A stretch of 64,000 bases of DNA from Protaetiibacter sp. GTDB taxonomy: Bacteria > Actinomycetota > Actinomycetes > Actinomycetales > Microbacteriaceae. The position numbers and the translations under genes are program-made. Below, in pieces: positions 17,056 through 26,638 of the stretch. Position 1 is the stretch's first letter. Each line of letters starts with the position of its first letter. The notes below the pieces were generated by a model. That model worked only from the letters and a program-made list of their open reading frames with translations. It did not search any database and was not told the DNA's origin. The stretch lies in NCBI GenBank assembly GCA_047605085.1, contig JASGGJ010000002.1, positions 1,689 through 65,688 on the forward strand, in the 5' to 3' direction.

Positions 17056-17793
17056 ATGGTCAGATCGGTCGCCGTCGTCGGCGCGGCGGGCAGGATGGGG
17101 ACCCTCGCGACCCGCCTCATCGAGAGCAGCGACGACCTCGTCGTGCACGCCCTGATCGGTTCGCGCGACGGCATCGAGGGCATCGAGGGGGCCGACCTCG
17201 TGCTCGACGTCACCCTCCCCGCGGTGTCGCCAGAGGTCGTCGAGGCGGCGGTGTCGCGCGGCATCCCGGTGCTCGTGGGCACCTCCGGCTGGACGGCGGA
17301 GCGGCTCACGAGAGTGCGCACCCGGCTCGGCCCGGATCCGCAGCTCGGCGTCATCGTCATCCCGAACTTCTCCCTCGGCTCGGTGCTCGCCACGCGCCTC
17401 GCGACGATCGCGGCACCGTACTTCGACTCGATCGAGATCATCGAGGCGCACCACGCCGGCAAGTCCGACTCGCCGTCTGGCACCGCCGTCCGCACCGCCG
17501 AGCTCATCGCGGCGGCGCGCGCCGACCGGGGTCCGGTCGCCGCCCCGCACGCCGATCAGCGCGCCCGCGGGCAGCAGGTGGCGAGCGTTCCCGTGCACAG
17601 TCTGCGGCTCGACGGCGTGCTCGCCGAGCAGGAGGTGATCTTCGGCGGTGTCGGCGAGACGCTGCGGGTCAGCCACCAGACGGTGTCGGATGCGTCGTAC
17701 GAGGCCGGCATCCTGCTCGCCCTGCGAGCCCTGCCCGCGGCGCGCGGCCTCGTCGTGGGCCTCGACGCGCTGCTCGGGCTCGATCGCGCATGA
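17056..17793 (+). CDS. dapB: 4-hydroxy-tetrahydrodipicolinate reductase
   Basis: GAAGRMG, GTSG, PNFSLG and EAHHAGKSDSPSGTA motifs. TAGGCT lies 7 nt before the ATG. Confidence 0.95.
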   Translation: MVRSVAVVGAAGRMGTLATRLIESSDDLVVHALIGSRDGIEGIEGADLVLDVTLPAVSPEVVEAAVSRGIPVLVGTSGWTAERLTRVRTRLGPDPQLGVIVIPNFSLGSVLATRLATIAAPYFDSIEIIEAHHAGKSDSPSGTAVRTAELIAAARADRGPVAAPHADQRARGQQVASVPVHSLRLDGVLAEQEVIFGGVGETLRVSHQTVSDASYEAGILLALRALPAARGLVVGLDALLGLDRA

Positions 17794-17815
17794 CGGCGCG
17801 CAGGACGGGGCGCGC

Positions 17816-18262
17816 ATGACCGGGCGCATCGGTGCCGCCGTCATGGCGGTGCTGCTCGGGCTCTACCTCGTCTTCGCGGGCTACTACGCGATCGTGCTGT
17901 TCGGTACCGGCTCGCCCGTCGCGATCGCGATCGGCGCGGGGCTGGCGCTGCTCGCCGTCATCGGGGCGGCGTTCATCACCGCGGAGATCGTGTTCGGCAT
18001 CCGTGCGGAGTATCTCGCCGCGCGCCTCGAGGCCGAAGGGGCCCTCCCCGAGGAGCGGCTCCCGGTTGCGCCGAGCGGCCGCGTCGACCGCGCCGCCGCC
18101 GATGCGGTGTTCCCCCGCTACCGGGCCGAGGCGGAGTCCGCGCCCGAGGACTGGCGCGCCTGGTTCCGCCTCGCGCTCGCCTACGACGCCGCGGGCGACC
18201 GCCGCCGGGCGCGCTGGGCCACCCGCGAGGCGATCCGCCTCGACCGTGCCTCCCGCGGCTAG
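17816..18262 (+). CDS. Conserved actinobacterial membrane protein with a C-terminal TPR-like segment
   Basis: Two TM helices, then PSGRVDR and PEDWRAWFRLALAYDAAGDRRRAR; typical dapB neighbour. Confidence 0.75.
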   Translation: MTGRIGAAVMAVLLGLYLVFAGYYAIVLFGTGSPVAIAIGAGLALLAVIGAAFITAEIVFGIRAEYLAARLEAEGALPEERLPVAPSGRVDRAAADAVFPRYRAEAESAPEDWRAWFRLALAYDAAGDRRRARWATREAIRLDRASRG

Positions 18263-18346
18263 CGGTTCGGCAAACGCTGCAGCGTCAGCGCCCCGGCGCC
18301 AGCGACGACTGGTGCGTGAGATCAAGCGCTACAGCGTTTGGAGTAT

Positions 18347-18772
18347 TCAGGCCAGGCTGGCCTCGAGGGTGATCGGGATGCCGGTGAGCGCCTTCGACAC
18401 CGGGCAGTTGGCCTTCGCATCCGCCGCGATCCGTTCGAAGTCGGCCTCCGAGATGCCGGCCACCTTCGCGCTGACGAGCAGGTGGCTGCCCGTGATGCCC
18501 TCGCCAGGCTGGAAGGTGACCGCCGCCGTGACCTGCAGGCTCTCTGGCGAGAAGCCCGCCTGGGTGAGCGCGTTCGCGAACGCCATCGAGAAGCACGCCG
18601 AGTGCGCGGCGCCGAGCAGCTCCTCGGGATTGGTGCGGCCGAGCTCGCCCTCGGAGCGCGCCGCCCAGGTGACGGGGAACTCGGCGGCGTCGCTCGAATC
18701 GAGGGATGTCGTGCCAGAGCCGTTGATCAGCTCGCCGAACCAGAGGGTGGTCGCTTCGCTCGTGACTGCCAT
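18347..18772 (-). CDS. osmC: OsmC family peroxiredoxin
   Basis: TNPEELLGAAHSACFSMA and NCPVSKAL. Confidence 0.92.
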   Translation of the reverse strand: MAVTSEATTLWFGELINGSGTTSLDSSDAAEFPVTWAARSEGELGRTNPEELLGAAHSACFSMAFANALTQAGFSPESLQVTAAVTFQPGEGITGSHLLVSAKVAGISEADFERIAADAKANCPVSKALTGIPITLEASLA

Positions 18773-18831
18773 GGGGGTCTCCTCCGCTCGAGGGGCATCG
18801 ATGCCCGGTTACCCCACTCTAGGTCGGAGGC

Positions 18832-19332
18832 TCAGGCCGCCGCAGCCTTGCGGATGACGCCGGCGCGCACGAGCAGCAGGTAGATCTGGCATCCGAGGCA
18901 GTATCCGAACGCCGCGTTGAGGAACGCCGCCACGAACGCCGCAGCGGCCGCGGCGACGAGGCCGTAAGGCACGCCCGCGAGGTGCAGCACGATGCCGACG
19001 ATCGTCACGAACGCGCCGACCCCCTGCGCGAAGGTCGGCGGGGCCGCGTCCTCGAGCTCGGCGGGTGGCGCGAGTCGCGGGCGGATGAGCCGACGGAAGA
19101 GCGCCGACCACGGGTTGCGGGCGACGCCCGCCGCCGCGCTCCATACGAAGATCGCCGCGAGCACGGCGAGCAGCAGGAACGCGGGCTGCACGAGCCGCTC
19201 GCCGAGGGTCGGGGCGAGGCCCTCGACGAGGCCGAGGAGGACCGTCACGAGCAGCAGCGCCGCCGTGACGGATGCCGTGAACCGCGCCCCACGCGGGTCG
19301 ATCTGGGCGGGTCGTGCGGTGCGGTCGGCCAC
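18832..19332 (-). CDS. DUF4395 membrane protein
   Basis: IDPRGARF, PPTFAQGVG and LNAAFGYCLGC. Confidence 0.85.
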   Translation of the reverse strand: MADRTARPAQIDPRGARFTASVTAALLLVTVLLGLVEGLAPTLGERLVQPAFLLLAVLAAIFVWSAAAGVARNPWSALFRRLIRPRLAPPAELEDAAPPTFAQGVGAFVTIVGIVLHLAGVPYGLVAAAAAAFVAAFLNAAFGYCLGCQIYLLLVRAGVIRKAAAA

Positions 19333-19346
19333 GGGTGCTCCTCGGG

Positions 19347-19772
19347 TCAGGCGGCGACGGGGGAGCCGAGCAGGCGGTCGAGCTCGGCGACGAGGGTGTC
19401 ACGGCGCACGGAGCCGCCGATCCGGGCGAGAACGCGTCCCTCGCCGTCGACCACGAGCGTCGTCGGCGTCTGCAGGATGCCGAAGCGGGCCGCGAGCTCG
19501 GGGCGCTCCGCGACGTCGAGCTCGACGTGCGCGATGCCCTCGCGCGTTCCCGCGATCTCGTCGAGCAGGCGTGCGGTAGCCCGGCACGGGGCGCAGTACT
19601 CGCTCGAGAACTGCACGAGCGTGGCCCCCGGGGCGAGGTCGACGCCCTCGATTCCCGCGGGATCCGCACTCGCGCGTCGCACGCGGCCCTGGCCGGCACG
19701 CCACACGAGGCCGAGGACGGTCGCGAGGGCGACGAGCACGGTCACGAGCGCGAGCGCGGCGAGCGGATGCAT
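19347..19772 (-). CDS. Membrane-anchored thioredoxin-like protein
   Basis: N-terminal TM, QFSSEYCAPC (CxxC), QTPT. Start at ATG 19772. Confidence 0.85.
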   Translation of the reverse strand: MHPLAALALVTVLVALATVLGLVWRAGQGRVRRASADPAGIEGVDLAPGATLVQFSSEYCAPCRATARLLDEIAGTREGIAHVELDVAERPELAARFGILQTPTTLVVDGEGRVLARIGGSVRRDTLVAELDRLLGSPVAA

Positions 19773-19886
19773 GGCGACACGGTAGCCGCGCTCCCGACGC
19801 GCGTGGGCGAGTGTGACACCGCATGACGCCCCGCGGCGCGGCGCGGCGATGTGCGCGGGTCGGCGGCCCCGGATATCGTGAGGGCC

Positions 19887-20633
19887 GTGCCGGAGACCAC
19901 GAGCGACGCGACCCCCATCCAGTTCCGTTCCGACATGACGGTCGAGCTGGTCCGGGCGAGCGCTCATGATTCCGATGTGCTGTTCGCGGCGCGCGTCTCG
20001 ACGCAGGGGGAGAAGACCCTCGGCGCCGCCGCATCCGGGGCCGAGGCGACCGATCGCGACCGCGGGCTCATCAACTACCTCATGCGCGACCGGCACGGTT
20101 CGCCGTTCGAGCACAATTCGATGACCTTCTACGTTCAGGCGCCGATCTTCGTGTTCCGCGAGTTCATGCGGCACCGCATCGCCTCCTACAACGAGGAGTC
20201 GGGTCGCTACCGCGAGCTGCGCCCGGTGTTCTACCTGCCAGGCCCCGAGCGACGTCTCGTGCAGATCGGCAAGCCGGGTGCCTACGAGTTCGTCGAGGGG
20301 ACGCCGGAGCAGACCGCGCTCGCCGTCGAGCAGTCGAGGGCGGCGGCGACCTTCGCCTATGAGGCCTACCAGCGGATGCTGGCCGCCGGGATCGCGCGCG
20401 AGGTCGCGCGAGGCGTGCTGCCCGTGTCGACCTATTCCTCGATGTACGTCACGATGAACGCCCGCTCGCTCATGAACTTCCTGTCGCTGCGCACCAAGCA
20501 CCCCGAGTCGCACTTCCCCTCGTTCCCGCAGCGCGAGATCGAGCTCGTCGCCGAGCAGATGGAGGCGCACTGGGCCGAGCTCATGCCGCTCACCCACGCC
20601 GCTTTCCAGGCGAACGGCCGCGTCGCCCCCTGA
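19887..20633 (+). CDS. thyX: Flavin-dependent thymidylate synthase
   Basis: HGSPFEH, RHRIASYNEESGRY ThyX motif, NARSLMNFLSLR. Confidence 0.96.
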   Translation: MPETTSDATPIQFRSDMTVELVRASAHDSDVLFAARVSTQGEKTLGAAASGAEATDRDRGLINYLMRDRHGSPFEHNSMTFYVQAPIFVFREFMRHRIASYNEESGRYRELRPVFYLPGPERRLVQIGKPGAYEFVEGTPEQTALAVEQSRAAATFAYEAYQRMLAAGIAREVARGVLPVSTYSSMYVTMNARSLMNFLSLRTKHPESHFPSFPQREIELVAEQMEAHWAELMPLTHAAFQANGRVAP

Positions 20634-20643
20634 GGCTCACGCA

Positions 20644-20770
20644 TCCCAAATCAAGGATCGCGACCTCCCAAATCAAGGAATCAGTGGGGATTCTGTGGCT
20701 GCTGAGGCTGATGCTGCCTCCGCTGCACCTCGGCTCCTTGATTTGGGATGCGCTGATCCTTGAGATGGCG
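20644..20770. repeat. 127-bp inverted-repeat element (left)
   Basis: tcccaaatcaagga at 20644 and 20666; 55-nt spacer; tccttgatttggga at 20735 and tccttgagatggcg at 20757. Confidence 0.85.
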
Positions 20771-20869
20771 GCTTGGCGTCTGCTCCTCCACAGGAATGCG
20801 TAACGCGGCAACTCCACGGATCCGGAGTTCTCGGGATACCGTGCGCGCGGCGCACGCGATCATCGCCGC

Positions 20870-21715
20870 ATGACACGACTCCAGCGAGCGATCGCCGAGC
20901 TCGGCGGGCTCGCCGCCACCTACGAACTCCGGCAACGGGGATTCGGACGGACGAGGCTGACCGCCGCGGTCGAGAACCACGAGATCCGACGGATCCGCCA
21001 GGGGTGGTACATCCTTCCTGACACCCCAACGGCTCTCGCGGATGCCGTCCGCGTCGGGGGCCGTGCGACGTGCGTGACCGCCGTCGAGGAGGCTGGGCTG
21101 TGGGTGTTCTCCCACTGCCGAGAGGTGCATGTGGCGGTGAGCCCGAACGCCTGCCAGCTCCGCGACCCGCGCGACTATCGTCGTCGCGATCCCTCGGCGG
21201 CGGTCGTCCACTGGACCGATTCCGGCCGGGGAGGAACGCGACTGAGGGCGGGGCTGGCGGATGCCATCCGCGAGATGGTGGAGTGCCAGGGTCTCGAGGC
21301 CGCCTTCGTCGCGGCGGAGTCCGCGCTGGCGGCGGGGGTGATGAGCCGGGACGAACTGGCGACGATCTGCCGTTCGCTGCCGGCGGCATCCGCACTCGCG
21401 CTCTCTACGGCCGACGCGAAATCCGGCAGCATCAGCGAGTCGGCGTTCGTGTTCCGCTCGCGCCGGTTCGGGGTCCGCATCCGGCAGCAGGTGCAGATCG
21501 GGCCCGACCGCGTCGACGCCCTGCTCGGGGATCGGCTCATCATCGAGATCGACAGCCGCGAATTCCACGACGCACAACGTGACTACGCGCGCGACGCACG
21601 CCTGATGGCGCGCGGCTATCGGGTCATCCGCTTCACGTATCACCAGGTGATGTTCGAGTGGGAGAAGGTCGAGGCGATCCTGCGGATGGCGATCGCGCGC
21701 GGCGACGCCGCCTGA
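20870..21715 (+). CDS. AbiEi-like wHTH + DUF559 (Vsr-like) endonuclease domain protein
   Basis: N-terminal ...ELRQRG...IRRIRQGWY; C-terminal QVQIG..RVD....RLIIEIDSREFH...D..RD..L...GYRVIRFT. Confidence 0.82.
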   Translation: MTRLQRAIAELGGLAATYELRQRGFGRTRLTAAVENHEIRRIRQGWYILPDTPTALADAVRVGGRATCVTAVEEAGLWVFSHCREVHVAVSPNACQLRDPRDYRRRDPSAAVVHWTDSGRGGTRLRAGLADAIREMVECQGLEAAFVAAESALAAGVMSRDELATICRSLPAASALALSTADAKSGSISESAFVFRSRRFGVRIRQQVQIGPDRVDALLGDRLIIEIDSREFHDAQRDYARDARLMARGYRVIRFTYHQVMFEWEKVEAILRMAIARGDAA

Positions 21716-21738
21716 TCGGCGCCCGCCCCGCGCTGCAC

Positions 21739-21801
21739 CCCCCAGACCTGTCTCCGGTGCCCCCAGACCTGTCTCCGGTGCCCCCGGACCTGTCTCCGGT
21801 G
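21739..21801. repeat. 21-bp tandem repeat x3
   Basis: cccccagacctgtctccggtg at 21739, 21760 and 21781 (one mismatch in the third copy). Confidence 0.92.
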
Positions 21802-21831
21802 CCGCCGCCGACGCGGTCCCGCGTCCGCCGC

Positions 21832-21958
21832 GCCCATCTCAAGGACGCGAGGCTCCCGAATCAAGGAGTCGCACATCCGGAACCGTCACATGCGCCTCGC
21901 GCGTCACAGCCGCCACGCGGACTCCTTGATTTGCGCTCCAGGAGTCCTTGAGTCGGGA
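21832..21958. repeat. 127-bp inverted-repeat element (right)
   Basis: gcccatctcaagga at 21832 and tcccgaatcaagga at 21854; 55-nt spacer; tccttgatttgcgc at 21923 and tccttgagtcggga at 21945. Confidence 0.85.
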
Positions 21959-22039
21959 GGGGGCCACGGGAGAGTCCGCAGACGGGCCGGCGCCGGGGCG
22001 AATGCGGCTGGACCGGATGCACCCGCTAGCCTGGAGAGC

Positions 22040-23017
22040 GTGTCGACGCCAGATAACCCCTTCGGTCAGGTGCTCGTTGCACTCGTGACCCCGTTCACGA
22101 GTGACGGCGAGGTGGACTGGGCCGACGTGGAGAAGCACGTCGACCACGTCGTCGCGCACGGCGCCGACGGCATCGTGGTCACCGGCACGACGGGGGAGAC
22201 CTCGACCCTGACCGACCCGGAGAAGGTCAAGCTCGTCGAGGTCGCGAAGGATGTCGCGGCCGGTCGCGCGAGAATCATCACGGGCGGCGGCTCGAACGAG
22301 ACCGCGCACGCGATCGAGCTCTACAAGAAGAGCGAGAAGGCGGGTGCCGACGGCATCATGGTCGTCACCCCGTACTACAACAAGCCCACCCAGGCGGGTA
22401 TCCTCACTCACTTCCGGATGGTGGCGGATGCGACAGATCTGCCCGTCATCCTCTACGACATCCCCGGGCGAACGGGCGTGCCGATCAAGTACGAGACGCT
22501 GCTGCGCGCCGCGAAGCATCCCAACATCCGCGCCGTGAAGGATGCCAAGGGCGACCTGTCCGAGGTCAGCCGCGTGATGAACCAGACCGACCTCATGTAC
22601 TTCGCGGGCGACGACGCGAACGCGCTGCCGACCCTCGCGATCGGCGGCACCGGCCTCGTCGGCGTGACCGCCAACATCGCCCCCGCGCCGTACCGCACCA
22701 TGGTCGACGCGGTGAACGCCAACGACCTTGCGACGGCGACCGCGGCGCATCGGGCGCTGGAACCGCTCGTGCGCGCCACGATGACCCACGTTCCTGGCAC
22801 CGTCGCGACCAAGTACATCCTGCACGGCCTCGGCCGCATCTCGAGCCCGCGGGTGCGCCTGCCGCTCGTCGGGCCCGAGGAGTCGGAGGCCGCGCTCATC
22901 GAGGACGAGATCGCCCTCGTGAAGCACATCGACGGCGTCGACTTCAGCAACTTCCGCCCCGACCGCAACGCCGCCGCGGGCGGCGCGCTCCCGAAGGTCG
23001 CCGGCACCACGCGCTAG
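22040..23017 (+). CDS. dapA: 4-hydroxy-tetrahydrodipicolinate synthase
   Basis: GTTGE, TPYYNKP, LYDIPGRT and AVKDA. GTG at 22040 follows TAGCCT. Confidence 0.95.
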   Translation: MSTPDNPFGQVLVALVTPFTSDGEVDWADVEKHVDHVVAHGADGIVVTGTTGETSTLTDPEKVKLVEVAKDVAAGRARIITGGGSNETAHAIELYKKSEKAGADGIMVVTPYYNKPTQAGILTHFRMVADATDLPVILYDIPGRTGVPIKYETLLRAAKHPNIRAVKDAKGDLSEVSRVMNQTDLMYFAGDDANALPTLAIGGTGLVGVTANIAPAPYRTMVDAVNANDLATATAAHRALEPLVRATMTHVPGTVATKYILHGLGRISSPRVRLPLVGPEESEAALIEDEIALVKHIDGVDFSNFRPDRNAAAGGALPKVAGTTR

Positions 23018-23067
23018 GCACCGCCAGCGCTCAGCACCAGCACGTTCAGCACCAGCAAGGAGGCCGC

Positions 23068-24744
23068 ATGGCCATCGACGTCGTCGCCCCGCCCGAGCTC
23101 GCGCCTGGCACCCTCCGCGTCATCCCGCTCGGCGGGGTGGGGGAGATCGGCCGCAACATGACCGTCTACGAGATCGACGGCAAGCTGCTCGTCGTCGACG
23201 TCGGCGTGCTCTTCCCCGAGGAGAACCACCCGGGCGTCGATCTGATCCTGCCCGACTTCGACCCCATCAGGGAGCGCCTCGACGATGTGGTCGGCGTCGT
23301 GCTCACCCACGGCCACGAGGACCACATCGGCGCGGTTCCGTACCTCCTGAAGCTGCGCGGCGACATCCCGCTGCACGGCTCGAAGCTGACCCTCGCGCTC
23401 GTCGAGGCGAAGCTCAAGGAGCACGGCATCGCGCCGATCTCCCGTGTCGTGAAGGAGGGCGGGCGCACGAGGCTGGGGCCGTTCGAGCTCGAGTTCGTCG
23501 CGGTCAACCACTCGATCCCGGATGCGCTCGCCGTCGTCATCCGGACCACGGCCGGGCTCGTGCTGCACACCGGCGACTTCAAGATGGACCAGTTGCCGCT
23601 GGACGCGCGCATCACCGATCTGCGTGCCTTCGCCCGCCTCGGCGAGGAGGGCGTCGACCTGTTCCTGCCTGACTCGACGAACGCCGACGTGCCGGGCTTC
23701 ACCGCGCTCGAGCGGGAGATCGGGCCCGTCCTCGAGCGGGTCATCGCGAAGGCGCCAAGGCGCGTCATCGTGGCGAGCTTCTCGAGCCACGTGCACCGCG
23801 TGCAGCAGGTGCTGGATGCGGCGGTCGCCAACGAGCGGCACGTCGCCCTCGTCGGCCGCTCGATGGTGCGCAACATGACGATCGCGGCCGAGCTCGGCTA
23901 CCTCAGGGTGCCGGACGGCGTGCTCGTCGACCTCAAGACCGCGCTCGAACTGCCCGACGACCGGGTCGTGTTCATGAGCACCGGTTCGCAGGGCGAGCCG
24001 ATGGCGGTGCTCGCGCGGATGGCGAACGGCGACCACCGCATCGAGGTCGGCACGGGCGACACGGTGATCCTCGCGTCGAGCCTCATCCCCGGCAACGAGA
24101 ACGCCGTCTACCGGGTCATCAACGGACTCACCAAGCTCGGCGCGACCGTCGTGCACAAGGGCTCGGCTCGCGTGCACGTCTCGGGACACGCGGCGGCGGG
24201 GGAGCTGCTGTACTGCTACAACATCCTCAAGCCGCGCAACGTGTTCCCCGTGCACGGCGAGTACCGCCAGCTGACGGCCTCGGCCGATCTCGCGGTCGAG
24301 ACGGGGGTGCCGCGCGAGCGCATCGTCGTGGGCGAGAACGGCGTCGTGATCGACCTCGCGGCCGGGGTCGCGCGGGTCGTGGGCCAGCTCGACGTCGGCT
24401 ACGTCTACGTCGACGGCTCGACGGTGGGCGAGATCACGGATGCCGACCTCAAGGACCGCCGGATCCTCGCGGAGGAGGGCTTCATCTCGATCTTCGTCGC
24501 GATCGACCGGCAGACCGGACGGGTGCTCGTGGGACCCGAGATCCAGGCGAGGGGGTTCGCGGAGGACGAGTCGGTGTTCGACGACGTGCGTCCGCAGATC
24601 ATCGCGGCGCTCACCGAGGCGGCCCGCAACGGCGTGACCGACCCGCACGGCTACAGCCAGGCCGTGCGCCGCACGGTCGGCCGGTGGGTCAACACCCAGC
24701 ACCGTCGCCGCCCCATGATCATCCCGGTCGTCATCGAGGCCTGA
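23068..24744 (+). CDS. rnj: Ribonuclease J
   Basis: PLGGVGEIGRNM, THGHEDHIG, HSIPD, GSQGEP and HVSGH. Confidence 0.96.
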   Translation: MAIDVVAPPELAPGTLRVIPLGGVGEIGRNMTVYEIDGKLLVVDVGVLFPEENHPGVDLILPDFDPIRERLDDVVGVVLTHGHEDHIGAVPYLLKLRGDIPLHGSKLTLALVEAKLKEHGIAPISRVVKEGGRTRLGPFELEFVAVNHSIPDALAVVIRTTAGLVLHTGDFKMDQLPLDARITDLRAFARLGEEGVDLFLPDSTNADVPGFTALEREIGPVLERVIAKAPRRVIVASFSSHVHRVQQVLDAAVANERHVALVGRSMVRNMTIAAELGYLRVPDGVLVDLKTALELPDDRVVFMSTGSQGEPMAVLARMANGDHRIEVGTGDTVILASSLIPGNENAVYRVINGLTKLGATVVHKGSARVHVSGHAAAGELLYCYNILKPRNVFPVHGEYRQLTASADLAVETGVPRERIVVGENGVVIDLAAGVARVVGQLDVGYVYVDGSTVGEITDADLKDRRILAEEGFISIFVAIDRQTGRVLVGPEIQARGFAEDESVFDDVRPQIIAALTEAARNGVTDPHGYSQAVRRTVGRWVNTQHRRRPMIIPVVIEA

Positions 24745-24941
24745 GTTCCCTCAGGGGCATCCCCGAGTCGCCCCCGAATCCACCCCGAGGATGATGGCCA
24801 GGCGTCCGATGATCCCCTAGCGTCAGTGATGAGCGACGCTCGACCGCCACCGAACGTTGGGATGCGGCCGCCACCCGTCGCTGGTTCTCTGGACGAGACT
24901 GCGCCAGGTGCGCAGCCGTCCACACGTCGACAGGAGGCTCG

Positions 24942-25910
24942 GTGAACGTCGCGCGCCGATGGGTGTTCCCCATCATCTGGATGGTCATCTTCGCGGTCAT
25001 CGGGGCCGCGCTCGTCAAGCTCGCGTTCTTCGCAGAGACGAGCGCCGAGAGCACGCCGGAGGTGCCGACGGGGATGATCACCGACCCCAGCTACCTCGTG
25101 GCGACCGGCACCGTCCGCAACGACGTGACGATCGACGGCACGGTCGCCGCTGACACGGCGGTGCCCGCCCGCGCGGCCATCTCCGGCGAGGTGCGCAAGG
25201 TGTCCGCGAGCGACGGGCAGTGGGTAGACGCCGGCGCGGAGCTCGCCCAGATCCGCGGGGTGAACGACGACGGCACGAACAAGTGGTCGATCCTCACGGC
25301 ACCCGTCTCCGGGACGCTCACGAGCTTCACGCTGCTCGTCGGTCAGCAGCTGGGACTCGGCGAGACCGTCGCGCAGATCGCCCCGCCGACGTTCAACGTG
25401 ACGGCCAGCCTCGCCCCCGAGCAGCAGCTCCGGCTGACCACCCAGCCGACCGAGGCGCAGGTGACGATCACCGGCGGACCCGCCCCCTTCACCTGCACGG
25501 GGCTCACGATCACGGCGGCGCCGCCCCCGACCTCCACCGACTCGGGAACCCTGGACGGATCCGTCAGCAGCTCGTCCACCGTCGCGACCGTGCGGTGCGC
25601 GGTGCCCGCCGAGGTGAGGGTGTTCGCCGGTCTCGCCGCGAAGCTGACCCTCGCCGGCGGCGTCGCCGAGAACGTGCTCCTCGTGCCGACGACCGCGGTC
25701 GTCGGCGGGAGCGGCACGGGAGTCGTCTACCTGCCGGCCTCCGACGGCGGCGAGCCGGAGACCCGCGAGGTGACGCTCGGCATCTCCGACGGAGCGCAGA
25801 TCGAGGTCACGAGCGGTCTCGCCGAGGGCGACGAGATCCTGCAGTTCGTGCCGGGAGCGCTCGCCGACCCCGAGCAGGACCTCGGGGTATTCGTGGGCGT
25901 CGGAGGCTGA
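24942..25910 (+). CDS. Membrane-fusion/periplasmic adaptor-like protein of a MacAB-type ABC system
   Basis: N-terminal TM, lipoyl-like APVSG, VPTTAV and EVTSGLAEGD. Confidence 0.75.
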   Translation: MNVARRWVFPIIWMVIFAVIGAALVKLAFFAETSAESTPEVPTGMITDPSYLVATGTVRNDVTIDGTVAADTAVPARAAISGEVRKVSASDGQWVDAGAELAQIRGVNDDGTNKWSILTAPVSGTLTSFTLLVGQQLGLGETVAQIAPPTFNVTASLAPEQQLRLTTQPTEAQVTITGGPAPFTCTGLTITAAPPPTSTDSGTLDGSVSSSSTVATVRCAVPAEVRVFAGLAAKLTLAGGVAENVLLVPTTAVVGGSGTGVVYLPASDGGEPETREVTLGISDGAQIEVTSGLAEGDEILQFVPGALADPEQDLGVFVGVGG

Positions 25911-25912
25911 CG

Positions 25913-26638
25913 GTGAGCTTCCTCCGGCTCGAGCAGGTCACCCGCTCGGTCGAGCTCCCCGACGGCTCGCGGCTCGACATCCTGCGCGGCATCGACCTCG
26001 AGGTCGCCGTGGGCGAGCACGTGAGCATCGTGGGCCGCTCCGGCAGCGGCAAGTCGACACTGCTCAACATCCTCGGCCTCATCGACACCCCGACGAGCGG
26101 GAGGCTCGAGTTCGACGGCACCCCGCTCGAGAAGCTCCGGATGGGGGCGCGCGATCGCCGCCGCGGCCGCGACGTCGGCTTCATCTTCCAGCAGTTCAAC
26201 CTGCTGCCGCGCCGCACCGCCCTCGAGAACGTCTGCACCCCGCTGCTGTACGCGAGCGGCCGGCAGTTCTGGCGGCGCGAGCGACTCGCGACCGAGATGC
26301 TCGAGCGGGTCGGGCTCGGCGCCCGCATCGAATCCACGCCAGACCAGCTCTCGGGCGGCGAGCAGCAGCGCGTCGCGATCGCCCGAGCCCTCGTCCGCGG
26401 TCCGCGCCTCATCCTCGCCGACGAGCCGACCGGCGCCCTCGACGTCGAGACGGGGGCCCAGGTCATGGCGCTTCTCGACGAGGTCGCCGAGGCGAGCGGC
26501 GCCGCCCTCATCACGATCACGCACGACCCCAACATCGCCGCCCTCGCACGGCGCCACTTCCGACTCGACCGCGGAGTGCTGGCGGAGGCGGAGGATGCGA
26601 CGGCGGGGCTCGCCGAGTTCGTGGCGGTGCCGAGGTGA
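25913..26638 (+). CDS. ABC transporter ATP-binding protein (LolD/MacB type)
   Basis: GRSGSGKS, LSGGEQQRVAIARA and ADEPTGALD. Confidence 0.93.
   Translation: MSFLRLEQVTRSVELPDGSRLDILRGIDLEVAVGEHVSIVGRSGSGKSTLLNILGLIDTPTSGRLEFDGTPLEKLRMGARDRRRGRDVGFIFQQFNLLPRRTALENVCTPLLYASGRQFWRRERLATEMLERVGLGARIESTPDQLSGGEQQRVAIARALVRGPRLILADEPTGALDVETGAQVMALLDEVAEASGAALITITHDPNIAALARRHFRLDRGVLAEAEDATAGLAEFVAVPR

Noticed and set aside
20870-21715. Complete type IV (AbiE) toxin-antitoxin system
   Set aside because: No adjacent AbiEii nucleotidyltransferase gene.
20644-21958. CRISPR array or classical IS element
   Set aside because: The 21-bp repeats have no spacers, the 14-bp boxes are inverted rather than arrayed, and there are no cas genes, DDE/HUH transposase or evident target-site duplication.
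24755-24830. Response-regulator direct repeats (ccccga, gatga) before the MacAB-like operon
   Set aside because: Short and GC-rich, with no cognate two-component genes in the window; too weak to call.
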